From NCBI GenBank assembly GCA_964460185.1, contig CAYWTM010000004.1, positions 3,151 to 67,150 on the forward strand: a stretch of DNA of 64,000 nucleotides. Reading direction: 5' to 3'. Shown here in pieces: positions 47,192 through 55,847 of the stretch. Under the pieces are notes generated by a model, which was given only the letters and a program-made list of their open reading frames with translations, had not been told where the DNA came from and made no database searches. The position numbers and the translations under genes were made by a program. How positions within the stretch are numbered: the first letter of the stretch is position 1; every line of letters starts with the position of its first letter. This DNA comes from an uncultured Roseicyclus sp. (lineage in GTDB: Bacteria; Pseudomonadota; Alphaproteobacteria; Rhodobacterales; Rhodobacteraceae).

Positions 47192-47316
47192 GTAGCACGT
47201 CTCCCTGGCAGGGGGCGTGCCAGGGCGCGGCACGCATCTATATGAGCAGCGGTCAGTTCAAAACCTCTCCCCCCTGCGCGTCAGATGAGCTGCGCAAAGG
47301 GGGTTCCCAGGGCCTT

Positions 47317-47673
47317 TCAGACCTTGAGCGTCCCTTCGACGGTCTTCAGCGCAAGACGGGCCATGCCCAGGTTCGCTGTCTTTCGTTCAACCGCCAGGTA
47401 CAAGAAGATCGCCGGGTTCGACGCCAAGGGCCGGATCAGGTGCAATTGGGTGCCAAGCGTGATGAGGAAGTCCTCGATGTAATCATCGAGGCCAAGTGCG
47501 GCCAGGGTTGCGTTCTTCGCCCGCACCACTTCTGTGTTGGCCGCTCCGGCGGCTTCGAGGTCGAACTTCGTGCCCGACGACTCGGACGCCAGCATCAGCC
47601 CGGATTCACTGTCAACAAGGCAGGCCCCGATAAAGCCTGTGGTGTCGCGCAGATCAGAGATATCCGTAGACAT
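47317..47673 (-). CDS. Roadblock/LC7 (MglB-like) domain protein
   Basis: 118 aa. GFIGACLVDSESGLMLA...NTEVVRAKN...IEDFLITLGTQLHLIRPL...FLYLAVERKTANLGMARLAL matches the remembered bacterial Roadblock/LC7 pattern. Confidence 0.8.
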   Translation of the reverse strand: MSTDISDLRDTTGFIGACLVDSESGLMLASESSGTKFDLEAAGAANTEVVRAKNATLAALGLDDYIEDFLITLGTQLHLIRPLASNPAIFLYLAVERKTANLGMARLALKTVEGTLKV

Positions 47674-48344
47674 TGTGGGGTTTCCCTGTGGATTGTTTCA
47701 CAAGGACATTTTTCCGGACTGTGTTTGTTCGAAACTTGACTCAAAAGAGTCATTTTCAAGACGATTGGTTCCAGTCCCGAAAACCACGGCGGCCTGCCTT
47801 GGCTTAGGAAAATCTTAAGCAATACCTGATGCGCAGCCCTTGGTGATTCTTTCCGGCAGCCTTGTGCTTTATTTGCACAGAGTCCGATCCTCCAAATATT
47901 TTTGTTTAAATTCAATATCTTGAAAAAACTGAGCCGGAATTCCCATGGGCATTTCGTGCGCAGCTCGGCCGCTGTGATCAGGATTCGCCAAGCTTTGGTC
48001 CCAGGTTCAGCTTGTTGACGAACCCTCATTCTGCAGCTGCTACCACGCGGATTCCGTGTTCAGGCGTCAGTCGCGAAAGCGGCGATTATGGCAATTCGTG
48101 GGTTTGTGAGGCTTGTGATTATGCCTCGAAAACAGTCTTCAGGGCCTTTCCGAGGGGGACTCGGACCGGTCAGGGACCGATCCAAGCCGAATCAAGGTGC
48201 CATTGGGGCAGCAACCGGCGCGTCCCGTTCAGGCACCTCGAAGCGCTGCCCTCCCGTGCGGACGAAACGGACACGCATTGGAAAGACCTGCGTCGCAGGG
48301 CAGCCTCTTTTCGGGCGACGGCTGCACCCGACTATCGACGCCAG

Positions 48345-49211
48345 CTATTTGTGAGGAGCAACATAGTTTCCCAACCGCACCATCTGGTCCTCGAACCTGG
48401 CAATGCGGTCAGGGGCGTTTGCGCTCTGGGCGATCATCTCTGCGATGATGGCTTCGGCCAATGCAAACCCAGCGCCATGAGAGGGGAGCGGCTGTGGACC
48501 CGCCATTGGCAGACAGAAAACGATCTTGGACTTTCTTGCTATCGGGGATGCGTAGCTGTCGGTGATCGCGATGACATCGACACCCTTCGAGAGTGCGGCT
48601 TCATGGGCGCGCACCACCTCTGCCGAGTACAACGAAAAGGTGATGAGGATCGCGATGTCGCCCGGATCCGCGTATGCCAACGTGTCCGCGATGCTGCCGG
48701 TTTCCACCAAGGGACGTTCGAAGCTGCGGAATGCCATGCCACCGGTGTAGGCGAGGTAGTGGGCCAGAGAGAAACAGCTCCGCACACCGATGCAGTAAAC
48801 GCGCCGGGCCGTCAGAAGCCGCTTCGAAGCGTCCCTGATCTTTTCGACATTCTCGCCGGACAGCGCATCGTCAAGGTTGGCATGTGCCGCTGATCGCAGG
48901 CCGTCGATCAATGTGTTGCCGCTCAGGCCGGCAAGCTGCTCGGCCCGCCGACCATAGAGCCCTTTGCTGAGCCTTAGGGCCGATTGAAATTCGCGGCGGC
49001 ATTCATCGTATCCCGAAAACCCTAGTGTGATGGAAAGACGATAGGCCGTGTTGACGTTGACGTTGGCAAGCTCTGCGAGGCCACGGACCGAGTTGAAGGC
49101 AATCTCCTGTGGTCGTTCCAGGACCCATTGCGCCAGGGACGCGATCGCAGGCGATCCTTCGCGGGCTAGCGCGGCCAGGTCGCGGCTCAGGTCGTCGAGG
49201 GTCTTTGTCAT
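48345..49211 (-). CDS. MurR/RpiR-family transcriptional regulator (HTH + SIS domain)
   Basis: FNSVRGLAELANVNVNTAYRLSITLGFSGY HTH_6 motif, with a C-terminal SIS fold. Confidence 0.9.
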   Translation of the reverse strand: MTKTLDDLSRDLAALAREGSPAIASLAQWVLERPQEIAFNSVRGLAELANVNVNTAYRLSITLGFSGYDECRREFQSALRLSKGLYGRRAEQLAGLSGNTLIDGLRSAAHANLDDALSGENVEKIRDASKRLLTARRVYCIGVRSCFSLAHYLAYTGGMAFRSFERPLVETGSIADTLAYADPGDIAILITFSLYSAEVVRAHEAALSKGVDVIAITDSYASPIARKSKIVFCLPMAGPQPLPSHGAGFALAEAIIAEMIAQSANAPDRIARFEDQMVRLGNYVAPHK

Positions 49212-49323
49212 TGGTACAATGTCTTTCATCAAAATAAAACAAATCAATACAAACCTTGACGGTTTTTAAAACATTTGTTTCACTCCCGCGCTATCCACCA
49301 GTGAGTCTTTCAGGGAGAAAAAA

Positions 49324-50295
49324 ATGAAATCGTATATGTTGGCGGCCCTGGTCGCCAGTACCGCGGCGATTGTCGGCGGGACAGCGTCCGCTCAGGACCA
49401 GACCTTTATCGCGATCGGCACCGGCGGCGTGACTGGCGTCTACTATCCGACCGGCGGCGCAATCTGCCGCCTCGTGAACCGCGACCGGGCCGAGCATGGC
49501 GTCCGCTGCGGTGTGGAATCGACCGGCGGATCGGTCTTCAACATCAACGCCATTCGGGGCGGAGAGCTGGAATTCGGCGTGGCGCAGTCCGACTGGCAGT
49601 TTCACGCCTTCAATGGCACCTCGCGCTTCGAAGAGCAGGGCCCGTTCGAGGAATTGCGCGCCGTCTTCTCGGTCCACCCCGAACCCTTCACCGTCGTGGC
49701 CCGCGCCGATGCCGGCATCGAGAGCTTCGAGGACCTTCAGGGCAAGCGCGTGAACGTGGGCAACCCCGGCTCCGGTCAGCGTGGCACGATGGAAGTGCTG
49801 ATGGAGGCCATGGGCTGGACGATGGACGACTTCGCCGTCGCCTCCGAGCTTCAGGCCGCCGAACAGTCACAGGCGCTGTGCGACAACAATATCGACGCGA
49901 TGATCTACACCGTCGGTCACCCCTCCGGTTCGATCCAGGAAGCGACGACGGCCTGTGACTCGGTCCTGGTGAATGTCTCCAACGAGGCGGTCGACATGCT
50001 GGTGGAGGAGAACTCCTTCTACCGGACCGCGACCATCCCGGGCGGCATGTATCGCGGCAATGACGAGGACACCGTGACCTTCGGCGTCGGCGCGACCTTC
50101 GTCACCTCGGCCGACGTGCCCGAAGACGTCGTCTACACCGTGGTCAGCGCGGTCTTCGAGAACATCGACCAGTTCCGCAGCCTGCACCCGGCCTTTGCCA
50201 ATCTTGATCCGGCGGAAATGGCCAATGACGGCCTGTCCGCAACCCTCCACCCCGGCGCGGAGCGGTATTTCCGCGAGGCCGGCCTGATCGAGTGA
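49324..50295 (+). CDS. TAXI-family TRAP transporter solute-binding protein
   Basis: Signal peptide followed by [22 protein letters not shown], the TAXI hallmark. Confidence 0.9.
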   Translation: MKSYMLAALVASTAAIVGGTASAQDQTFIAIGTGGVTGVYYPTGGAICRLVNRDRAEHGVRCGVESTGGSVFNINAIRGGELEFGVAQSDWQFHAFNGTSRFEEQGPFEELRAVFSVHPEPFTVVARADAGIESFEDLQGKRVNVGNPGSGQRGTMEVLMEAMGWTMDDFAVASELQAAEQSQALCDNNIDAMIYTVGHPSGSIQEATTACDSVLVNVSNEAVDMLVEENSFYRTATIPGGMYRGNDEDTVTFGVGATFVTSADVPEDVVYTVVSAVFENIDQFRSLHPAFANLDPAEMANDGLSATLHPGAERYFREAGLIE

Positions 50296-50320
50296 TCGGC
50301 TGACCAAACCTGTACACACA

Positions 50321-50349
50321 GGGTCCGGGCGGCAGGCTCGCCCGGACCC
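50321..50349 (+). promoter_or_regulatory. intercistronic GC-rich stem-loop between the TAXI SBP and the permease
   Basis: GGGTCCGGGCG-gcaggct-CGCCCGGACCC, a perfect 11-bp stem. Confidence 0.6.
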
Positions 50350-50393
50350 CAAGACACCGGCCGCATGAACCGGCCGAACAGGGGGACGGCCCG

Positions 50394-53042
50394 ATGGCGG
50401 CGGACAACAACGAACCCGGCGGGCGCGAGGCGCGCCAGTTTTCCGACGAGGAACTTCAGGACCTGGTCGCGAGCACCGACAGCGGTGCGCGAAATCCGAC
50501 GAACCGCAACATCGCGCTGCTGATTTCCGGGCTGGCGCTGGTCTGGTCGCTGTTCCAGCTCTGGATCGCGCAACCGATGCTGTGGTTCGGGGAATGGTTC
50601 TCAGTGATGAACTCGTCCCAGACCCGGCCACTGCACCTGTTCTTCGCGATCGTCCTGGCCTTCCTGGCGTATCCGGCCTTCAAGAATTCGCCGCGCGACC
50701 GCATCCCCGTCACCGACTGGATCTTGCTGGCGGTGGGCGGTTTCTGCACCTTCTACATCTTCTGGGCGGCCGACGAGCTTGCGATGACGGCACGGTCGGG
50801 CTTGCCGACGCAGTTCCAGGTCATCGTGGGTGCGGTCGGCATTCTGGTCCTGCTCGAGGCCAGCCGCCGTGCGCTTGGTCCTGCGCTGACGATCGTCGGA
50901 TCTCTCTTCCTGCTCTACGCCTATATGGGCACCGGCTGGTTGATCCCCGACCTGATCGAACATGAGGGGCTGAGCTTTACCGCCCTGATCAATGCGCAAT
51001 GGCTCGACACCGGGGGTGTCTTTGGCATCCCGCTGGGCGTCTCGACGGCCTTCGTGTTCCTCTTTGTCCTGTTCGGCTCTCTGCTCGACAAGGCCGGGGC
51101 GGGCAACTACTTCATCAAGCTCGCCTTCGCCGGCCTCGGGCACCTGCGCGGCGGCCCGGCCAAGGCCGCGGTTGTCGGCTCGGCCATGACGGGCCTGATC
51201 TCGGGCTCCTCCATCGCCAACGTGGTGACGACCGGCACCTTCACCATCCCGCTGATGAAACGCGTTGGCTTTACCAACGAACAGGCCGGATCGGTCGAGG
51301 TTGCATCGTCCGTCAACGGTCAGATCATGCCGCCCGTGATGGGTGCCGCGGCCTTCCTGATGGTGGAATTCATCGGGATCTCCTACGTCGAGGTCATCAA
51401 GCATGCGTTCATCCCGGCGGTCATCTCCTACATCGCGCTGGTCTACATCGTGCATCTGGAGGCCCTGAAAAAGGACATGCCGGCGCTGGGCGAAGCGAAG
51501 TCCTTCGTCGGGATGATCGTCAAATTCTTCATTGGGTTTGCCGTCGCGGGCGCAGGCTTCACGGCGCTGATTTACGGGGTCGGCGCGCTCGAAGCCGCCG
51601 TGCCTTCGCTGAGCGCACCGATCATGATGACGGTGATGGCCGCGGTCTACATCTGGCTTGTCGCCATTGCTGCCCGCAAACCCGACCTCGAGGTCGATGA
51701 CCCGAACGCCGAAAAGATCGAACTGCCGCAGGTCAAGGACATCTACTCCACGGGTCTGCACTACGTGCTTCCCATCGTCGTGCTGGTCTGGTTCCTGATG
51801 GTCGAACGCCAGTCGCCTGCCCGTTCGGCATTCTTCGCCACTGCCTTGATGATCGGCATCATCGCCACCCAGCGGCCGCTGAAGGCGCTGTTCCGGGGAC
51901 ATGGTGCGCACCTCTGGTCGGAATTCATGGGTGGCCTTGCGGACCTGCGTGAGGGTCTCATCGCGGGCGCACGAAACATGATCGGGATCGGGGTGGCCAC
52001 GGCCGCCGCGGGCATCATCGTGGCAACCGTCACGCGCACACCCATCGGGACCGAACTTGCCGGTCTGGTCGAGCAACTGTCAGGCGGCGTTCTCTTCGTG
52101 ATGTTGGTCCTGATCGGTCTTTTCTCGCTGATCCTCGGAATGGGCCTGCCGACGACGGCCAACTACATCGTCGTGTCCTCGCTCATGGCCTCCGTTGTGG
52201 TGAGCCTTGGCGCGCAGGAGGGGCTCATCGTTCCGTTGATCGCCGCGCACCTCTTCGTGTTCTATTTCGGTATCATGGCGGACGTGACGCCACCCGTGGG
52301 CCTGGCCAGTTTTGCTGCCGCCGCCGTGTCGGGGGGCGATCCCATCAAAACCGGCTTCACGGCGTTCTTCTACTCGCTCAGGACGGTGGCCTTGCCATTC
52401 CTCTTCATCTTCAACCCGACGCTGATCCTTTATGGTGTCGATCTGGGGACCTGGTCTGGCATCTTCCAGGCGATCAGCGTCTTCATTGTGGCGACTTTCG
52501 CGATGCTGCTCTTTGCGGCGGCCACGCAGGGCTATTTCCTCGCCCGCTCGCGCATTTACGAAAGTGCGGCGCTGTTGCTGGTGGCGTTCACGCTCTTTGT
52601 GCCGAACGTCTGGCTCAACATGGTGCAGGACCCGTTCCGTACGGTGGAGGCCAGCCAGTTCGAAACGCTTCTGGGCGACGTCGAAGAGGGTGAACAGCTT
52701 CGCCTGCTGATCAGCGGCCCTGACTTCAACACGGGCGAGACCGCGGAAACGACACTCGTCGTCAACGCGACCGGGACAAGTGCTGCACAGCGACTGGCCA
52801 ACTCGGGCTTGCTGCTGTTGCCCGAAGGGGATGTCATGCGGCTCGACGAACCCATGTTCGGAACGGAAACCGCCGAAGCACTGATTGACTTTGATTTCTA
52901 TGCCGACGACCCTGTGACGCTTGCCTCGATTCAGGTGGAACAAGCGCGCCTCCCGGAGCAGGTGTTCTACATTCCGGCGCTCCTGCTTCTGGGTCTGGTG
53001 ATCATGCTGCAACGTCGACGTCAGACAAAACCGGCCTTCTGA
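50394..53042 (+). CDS. TRAP transporter fused permease (TAXI-type, 4TM/12TM)
   Basis: 882 aa polytopic membrane protein downstream of the TAXI SBP. Confidence 0.9.
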   Translation: MAADNNEPGGREARQFSDEELQDLVASTDSGARNPTNRNIALLISGLALVWSLFQLWIAQPMLWFGEWFSVMNSSQTRPLHLFFAIVLAFLAYPAFKNSPRDRIPVTDWILLAVGGFCTFYIFWAADELAMTARSGLPTQFQVIVGAVGILVLLEASRRALGPALTIVGSLFLLYAYMGTGWLIPDLIEHEGLSFTALINAQWLDTGGVFGIPLGVSTAFVFLFVLFGSLLDKAGAGNYFIKLAFAGLGHLRGGPAKAAVVGSAMTGLISGSSIANVVTTGTFTIPLMKRVGFTNEQAGSVEVASSVNGQIMPPVMGAAAFLMVEFIGISYVEVIKHAFIPAVISYIALVYIVHLEALKKDMPALGEAKSFVGMIVKFFIGFAVAGAGFTALIYGVGALEAAVPSLSAPIMMTVMAAVYIWLVAIAARKPDLEVDDPNAEKIELPQVKDIYSTGLHYVLPIVVLVWFLMVERQSPARSAFFATALMIGIIATQRPLKALFRGHGAHLWSEFMGGLADLREGLIAGARNMIGIGVATAAAGIIVATVTRTPIGTELAGLVEQLSGGVLFVMLVLIGLFSLILGMGLPTTANYIVVSSLMASVVVSLGAQEGLIVPLIAAHLFVFYFGIMADVTPPVGLASFAAAAVSGGDPIKTGFTAFFYSLRTVALPFLFIFNPTLILYGVDLGTWSGIFQAISVFIVATFAMLLFAAATQGYFLARSRIYESAALLLVAFTLFVPNVWLNMVQDPFRTVEASQFETLLGDVEEGEQLRLLISGPDFNTGETAETTLVVNATGTSAAQRLANSGLLLLPEGDVMRLDEPMFGTETAEALIDFDFYADDPVTLASIQVEQARLPEQVFYIPALLLLGLVIMLQRRRQTKPAF

Positions 53043-53065
53043 GGGCCAGGAGGGGGGACAATCCC

Positions 53066-53500
53066 GTGTTCAAATCCGTACTTCTGCCGATCGACCTGTC
53101 GGCGCCGTCCAGTTGGGAAAAGGCGCTGCCAGCCGCGTTGCGTCTCTGTCAGCCCGAAGACGGCGGTATCCTGCACGTGCTGACCGTCGTGCCCGACTTC
53201 GGCATGTCCGTGGTCGGCAGCTACTTTGAACCGGGCTTTGAAAAAAAGGCGATGCACCAGGTAGGTGAGGATCTGTCGCACTGGGTGGGCGAACACGTCT
53301 CCGGCGTGACCGAGATCCATCCCCACGTCGTCCATGGCCGGGTCTATGACCAGATCATCATGGCCGCGGACAGACTGTCGGTCGATGCGATCGTCATGGG
53401 GTCACACAGGCCGGAGCTGACCGACTACCTGCTTGGTCCAAACGCGGCGCGGGTGGTGCGTCACGCAAAGCAATCCGTGTTCGTAGTTCGCGGGGACTAG
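53066..53500 (+). CDS. universal stress protein (UspA family)
   Basis: FKSVLLPIDLS N-terminus and C-terminal GSHRPELTDYLLGPNAARVVRHA motif. GTG start. Confidence 0.9.
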   Translation: MFKSVLLPIDLSAPSSWEKALPAALRLCQPEDGGILHVLTVVPDFGMSVVGSYFEPGFEKKAMHQVGEDLSHWVGEHVSGVTEIHPHVVHGRVYDQIIMAADRLSVDAIVMGSHRPELTDYLLGPNAARVVRHAKQSVFVVRGD

Positions 53501-53505
53501 GGGTC

Positions 53506-54828
53506 ATGAGCCACATATTTGGACGCGGGTCTGCATCACTGCCTACCGCTGTGCGTGGTGAAGGCTGTTACATCTACGACGCCCAAGGGCGTGCCTATCT
53601 GGACGGTTCGGGCGGCGCGGCGGTGTCCTGTCTTGGTCATTCCGATGCTGCCGTTCGCGCCGCGATCCACGGTCAGTTGGATCAAATTGCCTTTGCCCAT
53701 ACCGGGTTCTTCACGTCCGAGCCTGCCGAAGAGCTCGCGCATCTTTTGGCACAGAACGCGCCCGAGGGGATCGAGCGGGTCTACCTGCTCTCCGGCGGCT
53801 CCGAGGCGGTGGAGGCGGCCATCAAGCTGGCCCGTCAGTTTTACCTCGAGATCGGCGAGCCGCAGCGCCACCGCCTGATCGCGCGGCGGCAGAGCTATCA
53901 TGGCAACACGCTGGGTGCGCTGGCCGCAGGTGGCAACGCGTGGCGGCGGGAGAAATACGCCCCGCTTCTGGTCGAAACCCATCACATCGCGCCCTGCTTC
54001 GAGTACCGCGAACGGCAAGACAGCGAGAGCCCCGAGGCCTATGGCCACCGCGCCGCCGACGAATTGGAGGCGGAAATCCTGCGCCTCGGCCCCGAAACGG
54101 TGATGGCCTTCATCGCGGAACCCGTTGTCGGGGCGACCGCCGGTGCCGTGCCGCCGGTTGCCGGCTATTTCACGCGCATCCGGGAGATCTGCGACCGCTA
54201 CGGCGTCCTCCTGATCCTCGACGAAGTAATGTGCGGCATGGGTCGGACGGGCACCCTGTTTGCCAGCGAACAAGACGACGTGATCCCAGACATCGTGACC
54301 ATCGCCAAGGGCCTCGGCGCAGGCTACATGCCCATCGGTGCGATGCTGGCCTCCGCCCGGATTTACGATGCGATCGCGTCTGGATCAGGAAGTTTCCAGC
54401 ACGGGCACACATACCATGGCCATCCGCTTTCCGCCGCGGCCGCCCTGGCGGTCGTCAAGGCGATTCTCGACCGTGGCCTGGTCGATCGCGTGAAACAGCA
54501 AGGTGAAAAGCTGAACGCCGCGCTGACGGCCGCGTTCGGCCAGCACGCCCATGTGGGCGATATCCGCGGTCGCGGTCTGTTTCGGGCTATCGAACTGGTC
54601 GAAGATCGGTCCACGAAAACACCGTTCGACCCGGCGCGCAAACTGCACGCGAGGTTGAAGTCGGCCGCGATGAACGAGGGGCTGATTGTCTACCCGGCCG
54701 GGGGGACGGTAAACGGGCGCGACGGCGATCACATCCTGATCGCACCACCCTTCATTATCGAAGACGGTCAAATTGACGAATTGGTCGGAAAACTTTCCCG
54801 CGCGCTTGAGAACGCGTTGGATCAGTGA
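53506..54828 (+). CDS. class-III (omega) aminotransferase
   Basis: LILDEVMCGMGRTGTLFA with the PLP-lysine region DIVTIAKGLGAGY. Confidence 0.9.
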   Translation: MSHIFGRGSASLPTAVRGEGCYIYDAQGRAYLDGSGGAAVSCLGHSDAAVRAAIHGQLDQIAFAHTGFFTSEPAEELAHLLAQNAPEGIERVYLLSGGSEAVEAAIKLARQFYLEIGEPQRHRLIARRQSYHGNTLGALAAGGNAWRREKYAPLLVETHHIAPCFEYRERQDSESPEAYGHRAADELEAEILRLGPETVMAFIAEPVVGATAGAVPPVAGYFTRIREICDRYGVLLILDEVMCGMGRTGTLFASEQDDVIPDIVTIAKGLGAGYMPIGAMLASARIYDAIASGSGSFQHGHTYHGHPLSAAAALAVVKAILDRGLVDRVKQQGEKLNAALTAAFGQHAHVGDIRGRGLFRAIELVEDRSTKTPFDPARKLHARLKSAAMNEGLIVYPAGGTVNGRDGDHILIAPPFIIEDGQIDELVGKLSRALENALDQ

Positions 54829-55595
54829 ACCGTTTGATACCCCTGCCACGGGTGATGCTGGCGCCGAACGGAGCAAGAAAAACCAAGGCGGATCACCCCG
54901 CGTTGCCGATGACGATCGCCGAGACCGTGGCGGCCGCCCGGGACGCGTTCGCGGCAGGCTCGGATGCGCTGCACGCGCATGTGCGCGACGCTGACGGACA
55001 GCACAGCCTTGACGCCGGTCTCTATCGCGAACTCATCAAGGAGATGGACCGCGTCGTGCCGGAGATGCCGGTGCAGATCACAACCGAAGCTGCCGGAAAA
55101 TTCGGGCCGGACAGTCAGCGCAAAGTCGTGCGAGAGGTCCGCCCCGAAGGTGTGTCCGTCGCGTTGCGCGAGATGTGGCCAACTGACGGCCCCGATGCCG
55201 ATGCGCGGACCTTCTACGCCTGGGCGGAGGATGAAGGTATCGCCGTCCAGCACATTCTCTACACCCCCGAGGACGCCGCCCGACTTGCTGCGCTTGTGGA
55301 AGGCGACTGTCTTCCTGCAGCCGTCCAGTGTCTGTTCGTGCTTGGGGCCTACGCACCTCCACGTGACGGCCGACCTGAAGACATAGCGCCGTTTCTCGAG
55401 GCATTGGCCCCCCTCGGCTCACAGGTCGACTGGGCAGCTTGCGCCTTCGGAAAGACCGAAACGATCTGCCTCGAAGCGGCTGCAAAACGCGGTGGAAAAA
55501 TCCGGGTCGGTTTCGAGAACAATGTCTTTGACGCCGATGGATCACGGGCAGCGGACAACGCCTATCGCGTGGGCCGGGTATTGGGTGCACTTTAG
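54825..55595 (+). CDS. 3-keto-5-aminohexanoate cleavage enzyme family protein (BKACE/DUF849)
   Basis: MLAPNGARKTKADHPALPMT...LHAHVRD motif. A GTG start at 54825 overlaps the upstream stop; ATG 54855 is an alternative. Confidence 0.8.
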   Translation: MNRLIPLPRVMLAPNGARKTKADHPALPMTIAETVAAARDAFAAGSDALHAHVRDADGQHSLDAGLYRELIKEMDRVVPEMPVQITTEAAGKFGPDSQRKVVREVRPEGVSVALREMWPTDGPDADARTFYAWAEDEGIAVQHILYTPEDAARLAALVEGDCLPAAVQCLFVLGAYAPPRDGRPEDIAPFLEALAPLGSQVDWAACAFGKTETICLEAAAKRGGKIRVGFENNVFDADGSRAADNAYRVGRVLGAL

Positions 55596-55713
55596 GCAAA
55601 CGCCCGCCAGTGCTTTTGCCGATCCGGGCGCAAAAGGCGCGCGGTCACAGTTTCAGTTCCAACGGGTCAGCGACCTTCGCGGTCCCACAAGCACGGTCAA
55701 TGGGTATCGACGA

Positions 55714-55746
55714 CCCAGGGGCGTGGAGAAGTTCCGCGCCCCTGGG
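55714..55746. terminator. GC-rich hairpin between convergent genes
   Basis: CCCAGGGGCG-N13-CGCCCCTGGG, a 10-bp stem. There is no clear U-tract on either strand. Confidence 0.35.
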
Positions 55747-55847
55747 CAGTTCCGCCTCCGGTCCAGTGCCGCCATCGATCCTGATTTGCTTCGTTTTGTA
55801 TCACAGATGGAACGAATCCGATTTGGGATAGCGCGCGCAGATCCGGA

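Noticed and set aside
39803-47673. The dynamin cluster as part of a prophage or a gene transfer agent.
   Set aside because: No capsid, terminase, portal, tail, integrase or lysis genes are present in or near the cluster. The flanking genes are chromosomal catabolic operons.
47595-48893. Track ORFs 47595-48029 (minus) and 48012-48893 (plus) as possible genes in the region upstream of the Roadblock gene.
   Set aside because: The first overlaps the Roadblock start and runs through AT-rich DNA with atypical composition. The second is largely antisense to the RpiR gene. Neither has recognisable motifs.
49235-49280. Inverted repeat AAACAAAT...ATTTGTTT and a TTGACG hexamer upstream of the TAXI SBP gene as an RpiR operator/promoter.
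   Set aside because: The arms are only 8 bp and AT-rich, separated by a 28-bp spacer, and there is no second copy for comparison. The idea is plausible but too weak to call from sequence alone.
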